Shown here piece by piece: positions 9,533 through 16,489 of a stretch of DNA of 64,000 bases. Origin of the DNA: Dehalococcoidia bacterium (GTDB lineage Bacteria > Chloroflexota > Dehalococcoidia > Lucifugimonadales > UBA3495). The notes under the pieces are model-generated. The model had not been told where the DNA came from. It worked only from the letters and a program-made list of their open reading frames with translations, and did not search any database. Both the position numbers and the translations under genes were made by a program. The DNA is taken from assembly GCA_034420695.1 (NCBI GenBank), contig DAOULB010000040.1, positions 80,162-144,161 on the forward strand, written 5' to 3'. Position 1 is the first letter of the stretch; each line of letters opens with the position of its first letter.

Positions 9533-10489
9533 CTAAGAGACCGGGGCCAGGAGGGAATCGATGAAGTCCTGGGTTTCGAAGGGTGCAAGGTCTGCCAAGC
9601 CTTCCCCGGTGCCGATGAAAAGGATGGGCACCCCGAGTTGCCGGGTTACCGCCAAGGCTATCCCGCCACGGGCCGTCCCATCCAGCTTGGCCAGGAAGAC
9701 TCCGGTACAGCCCACGGCTTCGGTGAACGACTCGGCTTGGGCCAAGCCGTTCAGGCCGGTAGTGGCGTCCAAAGTCAGGATGACTTGGTGGGGCGCTGAG
9801 GGATCCAAGCGGTTAAGTACCCGGCGAATCTTCTTCAGTTCCTCCATGAGGTTGGCTTTGGTGTGCAGGCGTCCGGCAGTGTCAATGATGAGCACGTCGG
9901 CGCCCCGGGCCTTGCTGGCCTGAAAAGCGTCATAGGTCACGGCCCCCGGGTCCGCCCCGGACTGGTGGCTGATGACGTCCACACCGACCCGCTGCCCCAG
10001 CACCTCCAACTGCTCGCTGGCCGCCGCCCGGAAAGTGTCCGCCGCTCCGATCACTACCTTCTTTCCGGAGGCGGTGAAACGGTTGGCCAGCTTGGCAATG
10101 CTGGTGGTTTTGCCCACGCCGTTGACGCCGACCATCAAGATTACGTAGGGGGCCGGGCTGTCTTCATCCTCCAGCCAAAGGGCGGGGTCGTTGCCCGCCT
10201 CCAAGTCATGGGCCAGGGACTCCTTCAACCGGTTGTAGACCTCCTCCGGGCTTTGGAGCCGGCGTTGCTGGACTTGGGAGCGCAGGTCATCGATGAGGAC
10301 TTGCGCGCATTCGACACCCACGTCGGAGGAAATCAGGATTTCCTCCAGTTCGTCCCAAGCCGAGTCGTCGAGGTTGGAAGACTGGAGCACGCCCAGGATG
10401 CGGCCGAACCAGCGTTGCTGGGTGCGCTCCACCCCCTGCTGGGTCTGGCGCTTATTCTCGGCGGCGTTACGCTTGAAGAGGCCGAACAT
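9533..10489 (-). CDS. ftsY: Signal recognition particle receptor FtsY
   Basis: GVNGVGKTTSIAKLA, DTFRAAA, DTAGRLHTK, KLDGTARGG. Confidence 0.97.
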   Translation of the reverse strand: MFGLFKRNAAENKRQTQQGVERTQQRWFGRILGVLQSSNLDDSAWDELEEILISSDVGVECAQVLIDDLRSQVQQRRLQSPEEVYNRLKESLAHDLEAGNDPALWLEDEDSPAPYVILMVGVNGVGKTTSIAKLANRFTASGKKVVIGAADTFRAAASEQLEVLGQRVGVDVISHQSGADPGAVTYDAFQASKARGADVLIIDTAGRLHTKANLMEELKKIRRVLNRLDPSAPHQVILTLDATTGLNGLAQAESFTEAVGCTGVFLAKLDGTARGGIALAVTRQLGVPILFIGTGEGLADLAPFETQDFIDSLLAPVS

Positions 10490-10637
10490 TTACCCGTCCT
10501 ATTGAAGTTGCCCTTCTGCCTGGATTGTCCGTCCATTTGACCGGCGCCAATGCTGCCGGGCAATCGGGAGTTGAGATGCGTCTCCGGGAAGAAAGGACTT
10601 GGGTATCCGGTGCCCGTGTGGCCGGTCGGGTCTTGGT

Positions 10638-11351
10638 TCAGGGTTGACGGGTTTCCTGGACCTGCATGTCCAGGTTTTCCAGGGCGTTGCGAGCGGCTTC
10701 CCGTTCGGCGTCGGCCTTTCTCCCGCCTTGTCCCCGCCCGGCTACATTGCCGTCAACCACCACCTCCACCGTGAACACCGGGTCATGGTCCGGTCCGGTG
10801 CTGCCGGCCAGCCTGTATTCCGGGCCTGGAATCCCCTGACCTTGGACCCGCTCCTGCAGCAGTGACTTGGCGTTCGCCGGGGCGGCTCCCATTGCCAAGT
10901 AAGCGTCAATCTCGGGGGCCATGGAACGCAATATGAAGTCCTTGGCGTGGGCAAGGCCCTGGTCCAAGTAGACCGCGCCGGTGACGGCTTCCATAGCGGC
11001 AGCCAAGGTCGAGTCCCGGCCCCGCCCTTGACTGGCCTCCTCCCCATGTCCAAGGAGGATGAAATCTCCCAAGCCCAAACGGCGGGCCACCCCCGCCAAG
11101 GATTCCCGGCACACCAGGGAAGCCCGGCCCTTGGTCAGGTCTCCCTCGGAATGGCCGGGCAGCAACTGGTATAGCTCGGAAGAAATCACCAGTTCCAAGA
11201 CGGAGTCGCCCAGAAACTCCATGCGCTCGTAGGAATCGATGGAGTCTCCGCCGGTCTCGTTAATGTAGGAACGATGAACCAGGGCCTGATGAAGCAGGCC
11301 CTGGTCTTGAAAGGTCACGCCAAGTCTTGGTTCCAGGGGATGGGCGGCCAA
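10638..11351 (-). CDS. rnc: Ribonuclease III
   Basis: ALVHRS, ERMEFLGDSVL signature, C-terminal dsRBD (AKSLLQE...GPDHDPVF...KADAEREAA); TTG start. Confidence 0.96.
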   Translation of the reverse strand: MAAHPLEPRLGVTFQDQGLLHQALVHRSYINETGGDSIDSYERMEFLGDSVLELVISSELYQLLPGHSEGDLTKGRASLVCRESLAGVARRLGLGDFILLGHGEEASQGRGRDSTLAAAMEAVTGAVYLDQGLAHAKDFILRSMAPEIDAYLAMGAAPANAKSLLQERVQGQGIPGPEYRLAGSTGPDHDPVFTVEVVVDGNVAGRGQGGRKADAEREAARNALENLDMQVQETRQP

Positions 11352-11354
11352 GGA

Positions 11355-11993
11355 TTATCCCCGGATGACCCCATGAGGCCACGGAGGCTGAGGGCGCTTC
11401 ATCTCTCCCACATGCTCCAATTGCCCAATCACGTGGGTCATTGAATCGTAAATCTCTGCTGCCTGTTCATCCGGAGGAATGAACATCTTGAGGAAGGCAG
11501 CGTTTCCGCCGGGGAACACGTAGGTCGGGACCCCGAACACGCCGTGCTCCTCTACCGCCTTGGTATGGCTCTCGGCGATTTCCCGCAGAAGGTCGGGGTC
11601 GGACTGGTCCTCCAAGAACCGGCCCATGTCAAGGCCAGCCACTGTGGCGGCCTCCTTCATCACCTCGGGGTCGTTCAAGTCCTTCTTCTCTTCGTGGCGG
11701 GCCTTGAGCAGGGCGACGAAGAACGACTTAAAGGCCTCTTCCCCCTGCCTCTTGGCGGCCAAGCCCGACATGTGGGCCAGGAAGGTCTTGTCGGACCCGT
11801 CCAGCACCCCGGGTTGCTCCCAAGTCTTCAACTCCGCATTAGAGTCCGCATTGACTTGGGCCAAGGAAAAGGGCTGCCAGTCAATCTCTATGGTGTTTCC
11901 AGTGTTGTCTTCCACCTTTGCCAGCCACATGGCGGCATTGTACACGAATGGTCAACGAAAATCGTAATATGTAGTGAACTGACTCCCAGCCAT
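11355..11993 (-). CDS. DsbA/FrnE-like thioredoxin-fold protein with in-frame UGA (candidate selenocysteine) at the catalytic position; 212 aa on read-through
   Basis: ATG 11993 with GGAGG 8 nt upstream reads MAGSQFTTYYDFR, then TGA (11954-11952), then in the same frame PFVYNAAMWLAK...; cis-Pro loop FGVPTY; no Cys elsewhere in the protein. Confidence 0.85.
11919..11937 (-). promoter_or_regulatory. Candidate bacterial SECIS hairpin
   Basis: UGCC-GCC-AUGU-GGC-U-GGCA: 7-bp stem with one bulged U and a 4-nt loop starting 21 nt 3' of the UGA. The loop G is at position 3, so the consensus fit is imperfect. Confidence 0.5.
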
Positions 11994-12041
11994 TACTTCG
12001 CCTCCCTTAGTGGTATCGTGCGCCTCTAATGGTCTCTGCAG

Positions 12042-12070
12042 ATTGTAGCTATCCGCCCCGCCCATGTCAA
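12042..12070 (-). promoter_or_regulatory. Sigma70-type promoter for the DsbA-like/rnc/ftsY unit
   Basis: TTGACA-N17-TACAAT on the minus strand, about 50 nt upstream of ATG 11993. Confidence 0.75.
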
Positions 12071-12293
12071 AGCACCTGGTTGTCTCTGTCAGCCTCTCCT
12101 TGATGAGGATTCGGAGAGTGCCGTGGGGGCTTACCACAAGCCTGTTGGCAACAGGGCTGGTTCATGCTCATCCGGCGTCGGCTTTCGTTTACCGGTAGCG
12201 GAAAGCGCGGACTGAGGGGCGCCAATGAGGGAAGCGGCGCCCCCGTTTAAGGGAGCGTGGGCAAGGGCTGCACCGGGGAATTACGGAACGTCA

Positions 12294-12302
12294 TGGTATA
12301 AT
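12294..12302 (+). promoter_or_regulatory. Extended -10 promoter element upstream of cca
   Basis: TG-G-TATAAT about 50 nt before the cca start. Confidence 0.5.
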
Positions 12303-12352
12303 GCGGCCACCCGGAGGCCCCCACGCACAAGCTCCAGAATATCCCACCTCCC

Positions 12353-13627
12353 ATGCTCGCCGATGTAGTAGAGAGTATTGGCGGTCCATCGCTGACCGCT
12401 CTTCGTGCGTTACAGCGTATAGCCCTGGACCGGAACGAACGGGTCTATCTTGTTGGAGGCCCGGTCCGGGACGCATTGCTGGGGCGCCCGCTGAAGGACC
12501 TGGATTTCGCGGTGGAAGGCAATGCTGCGGCATTGGCTGCCTCGCTGGCAGGGGAAATTGAGGGCCGCTTGGTGGTGCACCGGCGATTTGGGACAGCGTC
12601 GGTTATTGCAACAGGCTGCACCGTTGACTTGGTAACCGCCCGCCGGGAACACTATCCCCAGCCGGGGGCTCTTCCTGACGTTATTCCCGCTTCTATTGAG
12701 GACGACTTGGCCCGCCGGGATTTTTCCATCAACGCCATGGCCATTCCACTGGCGCCGGAGGGCTGCGCTCTGATCGACCACTGTAGCGGCCGCGAAGACC
12801 TCCGCCGGGGGTTGGTGCGAATACTCCATCCCAACAGTTTCACCGATGACCCGACGCGGATTTTCCGGGCGGTGCGATATGAGCAGCGGCTCGGTTTCGA
12901 GATTGAGGCTGCCACCCTGGAGAGCATCCAGCGCACTCTCCGGGACAAGCGAATCGACCTGCTGACCGGGGACAGGGTGAGGCATGAGCTGGAGCGCATA
13001 CTCAAAGAGGAGAATCCTGCTCCGGCCCTCGTTCGGGCAATGGAGCTTGGCGTGCTGGCCGGGATGCATCCGGCCCTGACCGGGGAAGGTTTCTTGAACA
13101 GGATTCAGCGGCTGGCGGAGGGCTCCCGGAACCGGGCCCTTCGGCTTGACCCCTTGGTGTGGCTGGCGGCCCTTGTTCACCACTTGAAGGAGTCTCAAGC
13201 CCATGCCTTGGCCCAGCGTTTGAACATGCCCCGGTCATGGCGGTCCGCCGTAGAAAGTTCCGTTTGCCTGAGGGAGCATTGGCAGAAACTAGGAACCCCC
13301 GGGTTGGCCGACTCCTCTCTGGTTCATATACTGGGGCAATGTTCTGAAGATGCGGTTCTGGCAGCTTCACTCTTTGGCGAGCCGGTCCACATCCGGGAGC
13401 GCTTGAGTAGATACTTGGAGCATCTACGCCGAGTCAAGCCCGACGTGGACGGCGATGACCTTCGGGAGTTGGGAATTGCCCCGGGTCCTGAACTGGGACA
13501 AATTCTTGAGGCGGTCTGGGAGGCCAAGTTGGACGGCCTGGTGGTGACCAAGGCTGAACAAGTCCAATTGGCCAGGGACATCCTGGTTGGCCGGAGGCAG
13601 AAGACTCCGGCCTTGGAAGGTTCATGA
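12353..13627 (+). CDS. cca: CCA-adding tRNA nucleotidyltransferase
   Basis: YLVGGPVRDALL...DLDF, DLARRDFSINAMA, DDPTRIFRAVRYE, ERVRHEL-like motif. Confidence 0.9.
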   Translation: MLADVVESIGGPSLTALRALQRIALDRNERVYLVGGPVRDALLGRPLKDLDFAVEGNAAALAASLAGEIEGRLVVHRRFGTASVIATGCTVDLVTARREHYPQPGALPDVIPASIEDDLARRDFSINAMAIPLAPEGCALIDHCSGREDLRRGLVRILHPNSFTDDPTRIFRAVRYEQRLGFEIEAATLESIQRTLRDKRIDLLTGDRVRHELERILKEENPAPALVRAMELGVLAGMHPALTGEGFLNRIQRLAEGSRNRALRLDPLVWLAALVHHLKESQAHALAQRLNMPRSWRSAVESSVCLREHWQKLGTPGLADSSLVHILGQCSEDAVLAASLFGEPVHIRERLSRYLEHLRRVKPDVDGDDLRELGIAPGPELGQILEAVWEAKLDGLVVTKAEQVQLARDILVGRRQKTPALEGS

Positions 13628-13836
13628 CGGAAGACTTGGACGCAGAGGCCTGCGTAATCTGCGGGGAGGACTTGGACGAGGTGCACCAAGCAACCTGCCA
13701 GCTTTGTGGGGGCAAGTTCCACCACCCCTGGTCCCAGGATGCCGAGGTGCCCAAATGCGGCCTGATCGGCAGCCACGAGGAGGCCCTGGCCATAGTTTTT
13801 CTTTGCAACGACTGCTATTACGGCCGCAGGCCATGA
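13624..13836 (+). CDS. Small (70 aa) Cys/His-rich putative zinc-finger protein
   Basis: CVIC...CQLC...FHH...C...H...CNDC; ATGA overlap with the cca stop. Confidence 0.7.
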   Translation: MTEDLDAEACVICGEDLDEVHQATCQLCGGKFHHPWSQDAEVPKCGLIGSHEEALAIVFLCNDCYYGRRP

Positions 13837-14039
13837 GTTGCCCCGCCTGGCCGACCCCTCGGTCATGCCACTCGACTTCCTTCCAGTCATGTTTGAAAGG
13901 CAGTCATGGTTCGCATATTTCCGGGCCGAACTTTTACCGGGATGGCCAAGAAGGTAATTCGGACAGCCTGAAGACCCGCATTTTGACGGTTGCCGTCCCA
14001 GCCCAATAGACAGCCAAGAACGGGAGAATTGAGGGTTAG

Positions 14040-15077
14040 ATGAAAGCGGTTTATATCGAGTCCCACGGCGGCCCGGAAGTGTTGACCTATGGAGAACGCC
14101 CGGAGCCTTCATTGGGGCCCAATACAGTCAAGATCCGGGTCGGCGCCTCGGCGTTAAATCGCCTGGACCTCTACACCAGGTCCGGCGACCGGGGACTGGC
14201 CAGGGAGTTTCCGCCGCCCCTGATACTGGGCGGCGACTGTGCCGGGACCGTGGCCGAAGTTGGGGGAGGCGTAACCGGCCTCAAGGAAGGGGACCGGGTC
14301 ATTATCAATCCGCGGCTGAGTTGCCAGCAGTGCCCGGTCTGCCTGTCCGGGCAGGACGACTTGTGCCGCCGTTCGCAGTTCCTGGGCAGCGCCATAGACG
14401 GGAGCTACGCGGAATTCCTGGTGCTTCCGGCGGTCAACGTCCATCCCATTGCCGACGGTGTGACTTTCGATCAAGCTGCGGCGGCTCCCACCACCTACCT
14501 GCCGGTGTGGAACATGCTGGTGCGGCGCCTGCAGCTCAAGCCTTGGCAGACCGTGCTGGTGCTGTCAGCCTCGGCGGGGGTAGGCACGGCGGCAGTGCAG
14601 GTGGCCAAGGACGTAATCGGAGCTACCGTAATTGCCACCACCAGCACCCCGGAGAAGGCGGCCAAAGCCCGGGAACTGGGGGCTGATGAGGTTATCAACT
14701 ACTCCGAGGAAGACATAAGGGGACGGGTAAGGGAGATTACCGGGGGCGCCGGTGTGGACTGCGTAGTTGACCACGTCGGAGCCGACTTCTTCGAGGCAGC
14801 CTTCGGCTCCCTGCGGTCGGGAGGCCGATACGGCATCTGCGGGGCAACTACCGGGCTGCGGACCCAGCTGCACTTGGGCCTGCTGTTCAGCCAGCAGAAG
14901 GAGGTCTATGGGGCCTACATGGGCACCAAGGAAGACATGCGGGAGATAGTTGAGATGCTCAACCGGGGGGCCGTCCGCCCGGTGGTGGACCGCACTTTCC
15001 CTCTCCCGGATGCCGCCGACGCCCACAGGGCCATGGAAGAGACCGCCTTTTTCGGGAAGCTGATCCTGAGCCAGTAG
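14040..15077 (+). CDS. Zinc-binding dehydrogenase / quinone oxidoreductase (MDR family)
   Basis: ALNRLD, structural Zn motif CQQCPVCLSGQDDLC, SAGVG, FGKLIL. Confidence 0.9.
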   Translation: MKAVYIESHGGPEVLTYGERPEPSLGPNTVKIRVGASALNRLDLYTRSGDRGLAREFPPPLILGGDCAGTVAEVGGGVTGLKEGDRVIINPRLSCQQCPVCLSGQDDLCRRSQFLGSAIDGSYAEFLVLPAVNVHPIADGVTFDQAAAAPTTYLPVWNMLVRRLQLKPWQTVLVLSASAGVGTAAVQVAKDVIGATVIATTSTPEKAAKARELGADEVINYSEEDIRGRVREITGGAGVDCVVDHVGADFFEAAFGSLRSGGRYGICGATTGLRTQLHLGLLFSQQKEVYGAYMGTKEDMREIVEMLNRGAVRPVVDRTFPLPDAADAHRAMEETAFFGKLILSQ

Positions 15078-15132
15078 GAAGAGTCTCGCTGGATAACGTG
15101 CCGTGCCTCAGTTGGGCCAAGGGCCATGCCTG

Positions 15133-15492
15133 CTACTGCTCTTTTAGCAGGGCAGCTATCCGGTGGACAAAGTCGTGGACCATTGGGCGGCCTTCTTCCA
15201 AATCGTCGTCTTCCATGAAGTCCCGGTAAAAGTTATTGTGAAACTGGCGGGCGGCAAAAAACTTGGATGGAAGCGAGGAATCGTTGCGTTCCTCGGACAA
15301 CCGGTTAACAGCAGTGACGCGCGCCCGGTACTTTCCGTAGGGCCAGCCCCGCTGCTTGGCGATTGCCGTGACGGCATGGGACGCCGCACCCCACAGCTTC
15401 TCTGAACCTTGCAGTGCGTCACCGGCGGCGAACTGCTCGCCGGAGTGGCGAAGAAAGTCCAAGGCGGCCTGCAGGTGCTCCTCGGCGGTCAT
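15133..15492 (-). CDS. PaREP1/HEPN-like protein, copy 1
   Basis: GD..QGSEKLWGAASHA..AIAKQRGW and FHNNFY motifs shared with copies at 29625 and 56344. Confidence 0.75.
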   Translation of the reverse strand: MTAEEHLQAALDFLRHSGEQFAAGDALQGSEKLWGAASHAVTAIAKQRGWPYGKYRARVTAVNRLSEERNDSSLPSKFFAARQFHNNFYRDFMEDDDLEEGRPMVHDFVHRIAALLKEQ

Positions 15493-15586
15493 TTCTCGTT
15501 TTGCCTTTGTAGCCTGTTTCGAAGTGGAAGACGGCCACGAGACTTGGGTGACCCTGCAATTCTACAACAAGGGACGACGGCAAGGG

Positions 15587-16477
15587 TCAGGAGTCCATTG
15601 AAGCATGGGCTTTCTTGGGTTCCCGCTTGGCCTTCTTGTCCCGGAGGCGGCGTCCGTGGAAGAGGTATTGTTGGGAGTAGCCTCCGTAACGCCCGAAGTA
15701 TTGCCGGGCCCATCCCAATAACGCCCGGTCCGGCGGAGTCTTTTGGCCGGGGAAGTACCACTCGCCCAATGCCCGGCGGACCCAGACGTCGATGGGGAAG
15801 GCCTCCAGCTTCTCCAAGGAAAAGACGGCGATGCAGTCTGCAATCTTGGAGCCGATGCCAGGAGACTCCATCAGCGCGTTCTTGGCATCCAGATAAGGCA
15901 TCTCCACCAGTTCATCCAAATCCAAGCGCCCCTCGAGGACTGCGACGGCGGCCCGGTGGACGTAGGGGGCGCGGAAGCCCAGCCCCAGCCGCCGCAACTC
16001 TATCTCGCCGCCCTCGGCCAAGTCCAAGGGCGTGGGAAAGGTGTAGCGCCGGTAGCCGTTGAGTTCCAAGGGCGTGCCGAAAGCCCCGGATATACTCTCC
16101 ATGTTCTGATGGATACGGGGAATATTGGAGGTTGCGGAGCAAATGAAGGCGACCAGGCACTCCCACGGTTCGGTGCGAAGTATTCGCAACCCAGGGTAGG
16201 TCTCTACCATGGCAGCCACCCGGCGGTCCTGTTTGATTTCTTCGTAGATGGAGTCCAAGTCGTCGTCCAACCGGAAGTAGCTCTTCAAGCTGGGAGCCAG
16301 TTGCAGCGCCGGGGTAGGCGAAGACTTGAACTCGAAGCCGTCGCCGGTCTGACGTATCTTTACTAAGTCGCCCCGCACCACGCCGGCGTACCATTCTCCT
16401 TCCAGACGCCAGCGGTGGGCTTGGCCGCTCTCCAGGCTTGCCGCCAGGTCGAAGGGTTGGTCAACGGTCACTTTCAC
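15587..16477 (-). CDS. 8-oxoguanine DNA glycosylase (Ogg1-like, HhH-GPD)
   Basis: SLESGQAHRW, GLRIL..EPWECLVAFICS, LGFRAPY, GIGSKIADC, FPIDVWV, YSQQYLF. Confidence 0.9.
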   Translation of the reverse strand: MKVTVDQPFDLAASLESGQAHRWRLEGEWYAGVVRGDLVKIRQTGDGFEFKSSPTPALQLAPSLKSYFRLDDDLDSIYEEIKQDRRVAAMVETYPGLRILRTEPWECLVAFICSATSNIPRIHQNMESISGAFGTPLELNGYRRYTFPTPLDLAEGGEIELRRLGLGFRAPYVHRAAVAVLEGRLDLDELVEMPYLDAKNALMESPGIGSKIADCIAVFSLEKLEAFPIDVWVRRALGEWYFPGQKTPPDRALLGWARQYFGRYGGYSQQYLFHGRRLRDKKAKREPKKAHASMDS

Positions 16478-16489
16478 TTCACTTCCTCC

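Noticed and set aside
11952-12137. Track ORF of 61 aa as an independent small gene or leader peptide
   Set aside because: Its last 13 codons are the true N-terminus of the DsbA-like protein; the rest overlaps the promoter
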